Assembly (NCBI GenBank): GCA_002782005.1
Contig: PFGT01000074.1
Span: forward strand, 56 to 64,055
DNA length: 64,000 nucleotides
Origin: Hydrogenophilales bacterium CG12_big_fil_rev_8_21_14_0_65_61_21
GTDB lineage: Bacteria; Pseudomonadota; Gammaproteobacteria; Burkholderiales; Thiobacillaceae
Direction: 5' to 3'
Part shown: in pieces, positions 1 to 8,468 of the stretch
Numbering within the stretch: position 1 is the first letter of the stretch
How the letters are laid out: the number at the start of each line of letters is the position of its first letter
Translations under genes and position numbers: made by a program
Notes under the pieces: generated by a model
What the model saw: only the letters and a program-made list of their open reading frames with translations
What the model was told of the DNA's origin: nothing
The model's database searches: none

Positions 1-23
1 AAGTTATGCTCGCGGTGGCTTCC

Positions 24-467
24 TTAGCGAGTGGGGTGATTTGGGGTTGTCGTTTTGCTTTCCGCCAGGGCGGTCGCGATCAGTATGCCGCCAACCGCGC
101 CGTAGGCCAACCCGGCGCCACCGCCCAACAATAGCAGCATGGGGCGCGCAGCATAAGCCAGCCCGGTGAAAATGGCACCGCTGATGCCGCCCACCAGACC
201 CAGCACCAGGCCTCCCAGCCACGGGTTGCCGGTGCGCTGGGCCGACCAGCCGCCGACCGCCCACAACATGATGGAGTAGATGGCAAAACCCGCCAGGTCG
301 ATACGGGCCGAGAAACTGTCGGTCAGGCCCGCGCCGGCGAGCGCCTCGGGCAGTACGGTGGCGGTCAGGCTCAGCCCGGCGAACCCACCCAGAAAGACCG
401 CGCCGGTGGGGCGCAGACGGATGCCCCAAATGCGTGAAACGATAAATTTATTGAACTGTTTAATCAT
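24..467 (-). CDS. Gly-rich integral membrane protein of unknown function
   Basis: Several hydrophobic Gly/Ala/Leu-rich segments (GGLVLGLVGGISGAIFTGLAYA, LLLLGGGAGLAYGAVGGILIA). The longest ORF would start at 536, but that codon lies inside the actP-operon terminator hairpin. I therefore prefer the ATG at 467 (MIKQFNKF...). Confidence 0.55.
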   Translation of the reverse strand: MIKQFNKFIVSRIWGIRLRPTGAVFLGGFAGLSLTATVLPEALAGAGLTDSFSARIDLAGFAIYSIMLWAVGGWSAQRTGNPWLGGLVLGLVGGISGAIFTGLAYAARPMLLLLGGGAGLAYGAVGGILIATALAESKTTTPNHPTR

Positions 468-497
468 GCCAGGGTTGCGCTCCAGGGTTGAATCCCA

Positions 498-536
498 AAG
501 ATAAAAATGGCGGCTACCGTGACCGGTAGCCGCCAT
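498..536 (-). terminator. Rho-independent terminator downstream of the symporter operon
   Basis: Perfect 13-bp stem (507-519 pairs with 524-536) with a 4-nt loop. Read on the minus strand it is followed by TTTTTATCTTT. It lies 29 nt after the symporter stop. Confidence 0.85.
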
Positions 537-564
537 CCGCCCATGCTACCTCAGGTTACGCTAA

Positions 565-2310
565 TCAATGACCGGTCGGCGCGGCAACCACGATCTTGCC
601 AGGGTAGCGCAAGTGACCGACCAAGTCCTGGATGTGCTCGGGTGGGGCCGGGGTGAACTTGCTGACCACATAGGTGACCGCGAAGTTCAGCATCGCGCCT
701 ACCGTGCCGATGCCTTCAGGCGAGATGCCCATCCACCAGCCATCAGCGTTGTTGGAGGCCGGATCGCCCCACTTGTACCACCAGATATAGGCGGCGGTGA
801 AGACGATGCCGACGATCATGCCGCTGATGGCCCCTTCCTTATTCACCTTCTTACTGAAGATACCCATCAGGATGGCAGGGAAGAAGGAGGCCGCCGCCAA
901 GCCGAAGGCAAACGCCACCACCTGCGCCACGAAGCCAGGCGGATAGATACCGAATAGACCCGCAATCACCACGGCCACACCCGCACCGCCGCGCGCCCAC
1001 CAGAGTTCTTCTTTTTCCGACATATCGGGTTTGACGATGCCCTTCATCAGGTCATGTGAGACCGCCGCCGAGATCACCAGCAACAAGCCAGCCGCCGTGG
1101 AGAGCGCCGCAGCCAGACCACCGGCGCCGATCAGGCCCACCGTCCAGTTGGGCAGTTTGGCGATTTCGGGGTTGGCCAGCACCATGATGTCCTGGTCGAT
1201 CTTGACTTCATTGGCGCTCTTGGGGTCATCCCATTTGCCTTTGCGGAGCTGCATGATGCCGTCGTCGTTCTTGTCCTTCCAGGCAACCAGCTTGGTTTTT
1301 TCCCAGTTCTTGAACCAGGAAGGGGCCTGTGCGTACTCCACGTTGTCAATCGACTTGATGAAGTTGGTACGAGCGAACACAGCAATCGCAGGCGCCGTGG
1401 TGTATAGCAAGGCGATGAAAAACAAGGCCCAGCCGGCCGATGCGCGGGCGTCGCGAATCTTGGGCACGGTGAAGAAACGGATCAGGATGTGCGGCAGACC
1501 GGCGGTGCCGATCATCAGTGACATAGTGATGAAGAACACATCGATCATCGGCCGCTGGCCGCTGGTATAGGCGGCAAAACCCAGGTCCGTGTTCAAGCTG
1601 TTCAAGACATCCAGCAGGTACTTGCCCTGCGTGCCAGGGTCGTTCAGCAGCGCCGCCCCCTCCGCCGTGATGGCTGAGCCATAACCCAGTTGCGGGATCG
1701 GGTTGCCGGTGAACTGCATCGAGATGAAGATGGCCGGGATCAGGTAGGCGGAGATCAGCACGGTGTACTGCGCCACCTGGGTGTAGGTGATGCCCTTCAT
1801 GCCGCCCAGGGTGGCATAGAAGAACACCAGCGCCATGCCGATGATCACGCCGGTATTGATGCCCACGTCCATGAAGCGGGAGAACACCACGCCGACGCCG
1901 CGCATCTGGCCCGCCACATACGTGAACGAGACGAAGATCGCGCACAATAACGCGATGACGCGGGCGGTGTTGGAGTAATAGCGGTCGCCCACGAACTGCG
2001 GGATGGTGAACTTGCCGTACTTGCGCAAGTACGGGCCAAACAGCATGGCCAGCAACACATAGCCGCCGGTCCAGCCCATCAAGTAGTACGAGCCGTCACG
2101 GCCGAGGAACGAGATCAGCCCGGCCATCGAAATGAACGAGGCCGCTGACATCCAATCGGCGCCGGTAGCCATGCCGTTGAAGTAGGGTGGAATCTGCTTT
2201 TCCGCGATATAAAAATCGCCGGTGGTTTTGGCGCGCGCCCAGTAGGCGATGTAGATATACAGGGCAAAACTGCCGCCGGTAAGGATCCAGGTCCAGGTAA
2301 GAATGCTCAT
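565..2310 (-). CDS. Sodium:solute symporter (SSF family), ActP-like cation/acetate symporter
   Basis: 581 aa with many TM segments. The N-terminus (DFYIAEKQIPPYFNGMATGADWMSAASFISMAGL) is typical of ActP/YjcG-type SSF permeases. It follows a DUF4212 small subunit gene. Confidence 0.85.
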   Translation of the reverse strand: MSILTWTWILTGGSFALYIYIAYWARAKTTGDFYIAEKQIPPYFNGMATGADWMSAASFISMAGLISFLGRDGSYYLMGWTGGYVLLAMLFGPYLRKYGKFTIPQFVGDRYYSNTARVIALLCAIFVSFTYVAGQMRGVGVVFSRFMDVGINTGVIIGMALVFFYATLGGMKGITYTQVAQYTVLISAYLIPAIFISMQFTGNPIPQLGYGSAITAEGAALLNDPGTQGKYLLDVLNSLNTDLGFAAYTSGQRPMIDVFFITMSLMIGTAGLPHILIRFFTVPKIRDARASAGWALFFIALLYTTAPAIAVFARTNFIKSIDNVEYAQAPSWFKNWEKTKLVAWKDKNDDGIMQLRKGKWDDPKSANEVKIDQDIMVLANPEIAKLPNWTVGLIGAGGLAAALSTAAGLLLVISAAVSHDLMKGIVKPDMSEKEELWWARGGAGVAVVIAGLFGIYPPGFVAQVVAFAFGLAAASFFPAILMGIFSKKVNKEGAISGMIVGIVFTAAYIWWYKWGDPASNNADGWWMGISPEGIGTVGAMLNFAVTYVVSKFTPAPPEHIQDLVGHLRYPGKIVVAAPTGH

Positions 2311-2367
2311 GGTTTGGTCACCTCAAAGTTTGGATGCAAGAGTGTGAGTGCGAGGGCAAGAACGCGA

Positions 2368-2637
2368 TCAGGTTTCATAGACGTCGTATTTCTTGTCCAG
2401 GGCATTCAGCCGCCACACATAAGTCCAGATCAGGACCACAAAGATGACCAGTGAGCCTTGGTTGGCAAACCAGAAACCTAACGGGAAGCCGCCGATTCTG
2501 TAGGCGTCGAGCTGATCGGCAAAGACGATGCCGCAAAGGTAAGCCACGGTGAACCAGATGGCCAGGTGATAGAAAATAATGAAAAGGTTTTCCTTCCAGT
2601 ACGCCTGCAATTCCGGGGTTGCATGTATCGACATCAC
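2368..2637 (-). CDS. DUF4212 small membrane subunit associated with solute:sodium symporters
   Basis: 89 aa with two TM helices, immediately upstream of the SSF permease. This is the YjcH-like/DUF4212 arrangement. Confidence 0.8.
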   Translation of the reverse strand: MMSIHATPELQAYWKENLFIIFYHLAIWFTVAYLCGIVFADQLDAYRIGGFPLGFWFANQGSLVIFVVLIWTYVWRLNALDKKYDVYET

Positions 2638-2800
2638 TATCTCCTTCGTTTAAACGGAATAAACCAAGTCAACCCAACCTGTTCATACGACGGCCATAAG
2701 GGTATGGCAAAAAACTTACAGTCAACTGACAGTAAAACCCCGTAGCACCGGGATGGCATCCCATCGGCGCAATTCGGGCCGCGTTATTGTTCGGTCGGGA

Positions 2801-3517
2801 TTACATGCCAGAGTGTGGCGTGGTTGCTCGGTACTGCGTCAGATAGGTGTCGCGCAGGCCATGAAAGTCGGCGATCTTTTTCGCCGCCAGGCGCGGCCGC
2901 AGGGCCAGCAGCAGTTCGGCCGTGGCCAGGGCGTCGGCCAGCGCGCTGTGACGTGCGAAGTTGCCGATGCCGAAGTGCTTCATCCACTGGTCCAGCGACC
3001 GGCACTGGTACCTGAGTTCCGGGTAAAGCGCCGGCGCGATGTAGGCCAAGTCGGCCCAGCCATGATCGAGCTTGAAGCCCAGTACTTTGCGGAGGGCCTT
3101 GCTGATCATGGTGTTGTCGAAGGCGACGTGAAAGGCTATGAGCGGATCCTTACCGACGTATTCAAGAAAGACCAGCAGGGCCTCGGCCGGCGGCACGCCG
3201 CCGCGTTGGACGTCGTCAGTGATGCCGTGGATCAGTATATTGTCCTTAGCGCTGATCGTTTCTTGTTTCAGGACGATCTCCAGGCCATCCGCCAGGTCGA
3301 TGCGACCGTGGTTTACGGCGATGGCACCGATGGCGATCAGACGGTCGCGGTTGACATTGAGGCCGCTGCTTTCGACATCGACGACCACATAACGCGCCTG
3401 GTCATGAGGTCGGCGGGGGGCGGGTGTTGGTAGCGCTCGCCAGGCTGCCAGCCGCCTTGCCTGTTCGGGCGTCAGTGGCGGCTTTTCGTTACCTAGCAGG
3501 CGGCTCAGCCAGTTCAT
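2801..3517 (-). CDS. DEDDh 3'-5' exonuclease (DNA polymerase III epsilon-like domain)
   Basis: Exo motifs are visible: VVVDVESSGL, IAFHVAFD and HSALADALATAELL. The preferred start is MNWLSRLL at 3517, 4 nt after the stop of the upstream DUF294 gene. Confidence 0.8.
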   Translation of the reverse strand: MNWLSRLLGNEKPPLTPEQARRLAAWRALPTPAPRRPHDQARYVVVDVESSGLNVNRDRLIAIGAIAVNHGRIDLADGLEIVLKQETISAKDNILIHGITDDVQRGGVPPAEALLVFLEYVGKDPLIAFHVAFDNTMISKALRKVLGFKLDHGWADLAYIAPALYPELRYQCRSLDQWMKHFGIGNFARHSALADALATAELLLALRPRLAAKKIADFHGLRDTYLTQYRATTPHSGM

Positions 3518-3521
3518 GGCG

Positions 3522-5411
3522 TCAGACCTGATAGTCCAGTTCCAGTTTGGTCTGGAGCTTGCGGGCCTGGCGGAAGGTCTCCTTGAGAATGCGGCGATCA
3601 AGTTGATTCAAGCTGTCCGGGTCGGCGTGATTGCTGAGTGGCAGGCCCTGGCCGCTTTGTTGGTGGTGCAGGCGCAGGCGCAGCAACTGGATGAACAGGA
3701 AAGCATCGATATAGGCGTCGGCATCCTGTGCGCGCAGACATTTCATTTCGGCCAGTTCGCGTAGCCGGCCGACCGTATTGGTCTGGCGTCCACCGTTGGC
3801 CAGGCTGAAGATGCGGGCGGCGTCGACGAAGGGGGTGATGCCGTTGATTTTGAGGTCCAGGGTATGGTCGTCGCCGGTGATGAAGTCGCGCACCAGGCCG
3901 AGCGGCGGCCGGTTTTTCAGGGCGTTGGCGGCCATCTGGTGGAGGAACCGGGTGTTTTGGCGCACCGCCTCGCGCAACCAGTCGCGCAACTCGCCGGCCA
4001 GGTGCTCGGCACCATAGAGCGGTCGAAAGTCGAAGAAGATAGTGGCGTGCATCAGGTCCATCGGCGCGCCGTGGTCGATCCAGTCGGCAAAGGTGTCCTG
4101 CCATTCCGCCTGCGACAGGCACCATTTCGGGTTGGCGGCCATCACCTGGCCATGGCAGAGCGGGAAGCCGCATTCGGCCAAGGCCAGGTTGACCCGCTTG
4201 GCGAAGGGCAGGATGGCTTCACGCAAGGCGCCGGCATCCTGTCCCGCCGCGACCTGAAACAGGATGCCGTTGTCCTGGTCGGTATTGAGCGTCTGTTCGA
4301 AGCGGCCCTCGGAGCCCAGCGCCATCCAGCAGAAAACGATCTCCCGCACCGGACTGTCCTTCAATTCCAGCTCGATGATGCGGGTGGTCAAGAGGTCGTT
4401 CAGGGTGGAAATGATCTGGGTCAACTGCTCGGCCGCAATCCCCTGGGCCATCATGTTGTGGGTCAACTGCCGGATGTCCTGGGCCGAGCGCTTCAGTGCG
4501 TCGAGGTTTTCGGCATTACGGATGTCGCCGCCGATATGACGCAGGCCGACCCGTTGCAGCGAGAACAGGTCTTTCTCTGAGATCAGCCCCTTCAATTGGC
4601 CGTTTTCCTCGACCAGGATGTGCCGGAAACCATGTTTAGCCATGACCAGTGCGGCCTCGTAGGCCAAGGCATTGGGCGGCATGGCATAGGGGTCCGGGGT
4701 CATCACCGTGGACAACGGCTGGTCGAGATCGGCCCCGGCGAGGGCGACCCGCGCCAGCACATCGTGCAGCGTCAGTATGCCGACCGCGCGGTGCGCCGCG
4801 TCCACCGCGACCATGGAGCCGATGCCATTCTTGTGCATGACCTCCAGCACCTCGCGCAGCGGCATGGCGGGCGTGCAAGTGATCGGCTCGCGGCGGATGA
4901 TCGCCGACAGCGGGCTCGACATCGATTGCTGGTCGCTACAGGACTTGGAGTACTGCGCCTGGATCACCTGCTTGGACTGCTCCAGCAGGTTGGCGATACG
5001 GCGGGTGCAAAAGTCGTAGAAGGCCGGGCTTTGTTGCAGCAGGTGATGAAAATCGTCGGCCGACAGCTCGTAGCAGAAGGTATCGGCCCCTGCCCGGTAG
5101 GTGCTGGTGACGCCACGTTTGGACAACAGCGCGCCGAGCGGAAAGCATTCGCCCTCGCGCAGTTCCAGCCAGGTGGCGTTTTCCTGCGCCTGGACCACAT
5201 CCTGCTCGCCCAGGATGACGCCTTGCTTGACGATGAAAAAAGTGTCGACCGGACTCGCTTGTGGGGCGAGGATGATCTCATTTTTGGCGTAATAGCCGAC
5301 CTTGAGCCGCTCGATCATCCAGACCAGGTGGTCGCGTTCCATCCGGCTGAAAGGGGAAAAGCGGGTGAGGTGGTCGAGGGTGGCGGCGAGCAGTGCGTAA
5401 GGTGTGGTCAT
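3522..5411 (-). CDS. Cyclic-nucleotide-binding / tandem CBS / DUF294 putative nucleotidyltransferase
   Basis: The N-terminus has a cNMP-binding-like fold (FFIVKQGVILGE...ECFPLGALL). Two CBS modules follow, then a Pol-beta-type NTase signature (ALGSEGRFEQTLNTDQDNGILF) and a C-terminal DUF294_C-like helical region. The start is chosen at MTTPYALL (ATG at 5411). Confidence 0.8.
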   Translation of the reverse strand: MTTPYALLAATLDHLTRFSPFSRMERDHLVWMIERLKVGYYAKNEIILAPQASPVDTFFIVKQGVILGEQDVVQAQENATWLELREGECFPLGALLSKRGVTSTYRAGADTFCYELSADDFHHLLQQSPAFYDFCTRRIANLLEQSKQVIQAQYSKSCSDQQSMSSPLSAIIRREPITCTPAMPLREVLEVMHKNGIGSMVAVDAAHRAVGILTLHDVLARVALAGADLDQPLSTVMTPDPYAMPPNALAYEAALVMAKHGFRHILVEENGQLKGLISEKDLFSLQRVGLRHIGGDIRNAENLDALKRSAQDIRQLTHNMMAQGIAAEQLTQIISTLNDLLTTRIIELELKDSPVREIVFCWMALGSEGRFEQTLNTDQDNGILFQVAAGQDAGALREAILPFAKRVNLALAECGFPLCHGQVMAANPKWCLSQAEWQDTFADWIDHGAPMDLMHATIFFDFRPLYGAEHLAGELRDWLREAVRQNTRFLHQMAANALKNRPPLGLVRDFITGDDHTLDLKINGITPFVDAARIFSLANGGRQTNTVGRLRELAEMKCLRAQDADAYIDAFLFIQLLRLRLHHQQSGQGLPLSNHADPDSLNQLDRRILKETFRQARKLQTKLELDYQV

Positions 5412-5498
5412 GGCGGTAGATAGGGTAGTTAAGCCAGCTTTCCAGCATAATAGCCGCTGGAGTTTGCGGCCAATCAACTTACATAACCCTGACGTCCT

Positions 5499-6164
5499 AT
5501 GCGCATTTTGATTGTCGAAGACGATGAAGTGCTGTCCGACAGCCTGATCCGGGCCATGGCCGCGGCGGGTTACGCCACTGACCACGTTGCCGACGGTGAG
5601 CAGGCGCTGGCCATGCTGCTCGATGGTTGCTACGACCTGGCCATCCTGGACCTCAGCCTGCCGCGCCTGGATGGTCTCATGGTGTTGCGCCAGTTGCGGG
5701 CCGCGAAAAAATCCCTGCCAGTGATCGTGCTGACCGCCCGCGACTCGGTCAACGACCGAGTGCTCGGCCTCGATTTCGGCGCCGACGATTATCTAACCAA
5801 ACCGTTCTCGCTGGTCGAACTGGAGGCCAGGGTGCGCGCCCTGCTGCGCCGGGGCCAAGGCGGCGGCGCAGCTACCCTGGTCTGCGGCAGCCTGGAATTC
5901 GACAGCGTTGGCCGCCGGGTCACCCTGGCCGGCGAACCGGCTGAGCTATCGGCCCGCGAACTGGCGGTGCTGGAGACGCTGTTGTTCCGGCAGGGCAAGG
6001 TGGTCAGCAAGGAGCAGTTGATCGAGAGTCTGTGCGCCTGGGGCGAGGAGGTGACGCCCAACGCCATTGAGGTCTACATGCACCGCCTGCGCAAGAAACT
6101 GGAGCCGGGCGGGGTCGACATTCGCACCGTGCGCGGCCTGGGCTATATGATGGACAAGGTATGA
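5499..6164 (+). CDS. OmpR/PhoB-family response regulator
   Basis: Receiver domain (MRILIVEDDE...ILDLSLPRLDG...LTAR) plus a winged-helix C-terminus (IEVYMHRLRKKLE...IRTVRGLGY). Confidence 0.9.
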   Translation: MRILIVEDDEVLSDSLIRAMAAAGYATDHVADGEQALAMLLDGCYDLAILDLSLPRLDGLMVLRQLRAAKKSLPVIVLTARDSVNDRVLGLDFGADDYLTKPFSLVELEARVRALLRRGQGGGAATLVCGSLEFDSVGRRVTLAGEPAELSARELAVLETLLFRQGKVVSKEQLIESLCAWGEEVTPNAIEVYMHRLRKKLEPGGVDIRTVRGLGYMMDKV

Positions 6165-7636
6165 GCGAGCCGTCCCTAGCCTATCCTTTACCGCATACCA
6201 GAGACGGGGCGAACGGGTCACTGGTGCAACGTCCCGGCCCGGCCAACGAAGAAGAAACCCTCTTCCTACGCCACCATCTGGTGAACTGGCTGTTCACACC
6301 ACTCTATCTGCTGCTGCTATTTTCCACCGTGACCGGCTACATCGCCGCGCTCAAGCTGTCCAACCAGCCCTATGACCTGGTGTTGTCCGAACGGGCGCGG
6401 CTAATGGCCAGCCGGTTCGACCTGGTCCCTGACGACGCGGCGCCGCGCGCGGCCGATTTGCTGCCCGATGGCGCCGGTCACCTGACCTTCACCCTGTTCG
6501 ATGCCAATGAGCGGCCGTTGCTGGGTAACGCCAACCTGCCACGTCCGCGCCCGCACGATCTGGCCGTGGACGGCCCCCGGTTGCGCAGCACCACGCTGGG
6601 CGGCGAAAAGGTGCGTCTGCTCACCTTGCGCTTCCATACCAGCCGGCGTACCCCCGGCGCCGAATACGCGCTGGTCATGGCGGAGCCGGTCAAGGACCGC
6701 CTGTTCCTCGGCCGCAGCATCCTGGGCAACATCGTCATCCCGCAATTCATCTTCATCCTGATTGCCGGTCTCGCAGTCTGGATCGGCCTAAAGCGCGGTT
6801 TCGAGCCGTTGGAGCGACTGTGCGGGGCGGTTGCGAAACGGCGCAGCGACGATCTCAGCCCGCTCGACGAGGCCATGGCGCCGGGCGAGGTCAGGCCGCT
6901 GATCCGCGAGGTGAATGCCCTGATCGAGCGGCTCAAGGCCATGATGGAACAGCAGAAACGCTTTGTCGCCAATGCCGCCCACCAGTTGCGCACCCCCTTT
7001 GCCGGCCTGCGCGCGCAAGCCGAACTGGCCAAACGGGAAACAGCGTCGCCGGCGGTGAAAACAGCGATGGAGGGTATCTGCGCCGGGGCCGGCCGGTGCA
7101 GTCGGCTGGTCAACCAGTTGCTTACCCTGGCCCGTAACGATCCCGGGGCGCGCAACGACGAGGCTATGTCCGATCTGAACCTGTACCGGATCGCTCAGGA
7201 AACGGCAATGAATTGGGTGCCGGAGGCGGTCAAAAAAGACATTGATCTCGGTTTCGAGGGCGCCAAAACCGAACTGCCGCTGTGCGGCGACGAGGGCGCC
7301 TTGCACGACCTGATCGATAATCTGCTCGATAACGCCATCCGCTACACGCCGTCTGGCGGTCACATCACCCTGTGTACCGGTGATGACTGCGGGGTCTGGC
7401 TGAGCGTCGAGGATAGCGGCCCGGGTATCCCGGCGCTGGAGCGGAGCCGGGTATTCAACCGTTTTTACCGAGTGTCCGGGTCTGGACAGCCGGGCAGCGG
7501 CCTGGGCCTGGCGATCGTCGACGAGGTGGCTCAGCGCCATGGCGCGACGGTGGCGATCGGCGATGCCGAGGGCGGCGGGGCCGTATTCATAATTCGTTTT
7601 CCACCACAATCCAGTAAAGACGCTGGATTTCCTTGA
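6161..7636 (+). CDS. Sensor histidine kinase (partner of the OmpR-type regulator)
   Basis: ATGA overlap with the regulator gene. H-box NAAHQLRTPFAGL, N-box DNLLDNAIRYTP, G1 DSGPGIP and G2 GSGLGLAIV are present, with two TM segments flanking a periplasmic region. Confidence 0.9.
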   Translation: MSEPSLAYPLPHTRDGANGSLVQRPGPANEEETLFLRHHLVNWLFTPLYLLLLFSTVTGYIAALKLSNQPYDLVLSERARLMASRFDLVPDDAAPRAADLLPDGAGHLTFTLFDANERPLLGNANLPRPRPHDLAVDGPRLRSTTLGGEKVRLLTLRFHTSRRTPGAEYALVMAEPVKDRLFLGRSILGNIVIPQFIFILIAGLAVWIGLKRGFEPLERLCGAVAKRRSDDLSPLDEAMAPGEVRPLIREVNALIERLKAMMEQQKRFVANAAHQLRTPFAGLRAQAELAKRETASPAVKTAMEGICAGAGRCSRLVNQLLTLARNDPGARNDEAMSDLNLYRIAQETAMNWVPEAVKKDIDLGFEGAKTELPLCGDEGALHDLIDNLLDNAIRYTPSGGHITLCTGDDCGVWLSVEDSGPGIPALERSRVFNRFYRVSGSGQPGSGLGLAIVDEVAQRHGATVAIGDAEGGGAVFIIRFPPQSSKDAGFP

Positions 7637-7688
7637 TCCAAGGCGTTGCGCTAAGATACAGCCATAATCGATAACTAAAGAAACCGAC

Positions 7689-8327
7689 ATGAATACCATC
7701 CAAGTCCTTATCGTCGACGACCACCCGCTGATCCGGCTGGGGGTCCGCCGCGCCCTGGAAAGCACGCCCGGACTTGCGGTCGCGGGCGAATGCGCCGATC
7801 TGGCCGCCGCCCGCGACTGGCTGAACAATAACGGCAAGGCCGACATCGCCATCCTGGATCGCAGCCTGCCGGATGGCGACGGCCTTGATCTGGCGCCATT
7901 GTTCAAGGCGGCCGGCATGAAGGTTATCGTCCTGACCGTCGAGGATGCCGATGAGGAAATCCGCTCGGCGATCGCGGCCGGCGTCGATGGCTATTTACTC
8001 AAATCGTCCGATACCGACCAGATCGGCCATGCCATCGGCATGGTGTTGCAGGATACCGGCGCCTTCCCGCCGCAGGTGCTGAAAAAACTCTATCGGCCCG
8101 GTGGCGAAGAGCCGCCGCCGTTAACCCGGCTCTCGCCGCGCGAGCTGGAAATCGCCGAATACGTGGCCCAGGGCTATAGCAACAAGGTGATCGGGGCGAA
8201 GCTCAACTTGAGCGACAACACCGTGCGTAACCACCTTGCCAACGTCATGCAGAAGCTCCATTTCCACAATCGGGTACAGGTAGCCACGTTGGTCCTGCAA
8301 TACATGAGAAAGACCCGCCGGATCTGA
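7689..8327 (+). CDS. NarL/LuxR-family response regulator
   Basis: Receiver domain (VLIVDDHPLIR...ILDRSLPDGDG) plus a LuxR HTH (LSPRELEIAEYVAQGYSNKVIGAKLNLSDNTVRNHLANVMQKL). Confidence 0.9.
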   Translation: MNTIQVLIVDDHPLIRLGVRRALESTPGLAVAGECADLAAARDWLNNNGKADIAILDRSLPDGDGLDLAPLFKAAGMKVIVLTVEDADEEIRSAIAAGVDGYLLKSSDTDQIGHAIGMVLQDTGAFPPQVLKKLYRPGGEEPPPLTRLSPRELEIAEYVAQGYSNKVIGAKLNLSDNTVRNHLANVMQKLHFHNRVQVATLVLQYMRKTRRI

Positions 8328-8360
8328 GCCCGCCCACCCGACCCGACCATCAGCACCATC

Positions 8361-8468
8361 ATGTCATGCCCCAAATGCGCGAGTCGAAAGCGTCGCCGCT
8401 GGCCCTGGCTCCTCGCCTTGCTGGCCTTGGCCGTCGTCCTGCTGGCGCTGGTGACCTACAGCGCGTAA
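8361..8468 (+). CDS. Speculative 35-aa small membrane protein (CxxC followed by a TM helix)
   Basis: ATG-to-TAA ORF below the track cutoff: MSCPKCASRKRRRWPWLLALLALAVVLLALVTYSA. There is no clear Shine-Dalgarno sequence, so it may be fortuitous. Confidence 0.25.
   Translation: MSCPKCASRKRRRWPWLLALLALAVVLLALVTYSA

Noticed and set aside
2740-2762. Near-symmetric motif TTACAGTCAACTGACAGTAA upstream of the DUF4212/symporter genes.
   Set aside because: Only the central GTCA-AC-TGAC is a true inverted repeat (4-bp arms). This is too short to call an operator.
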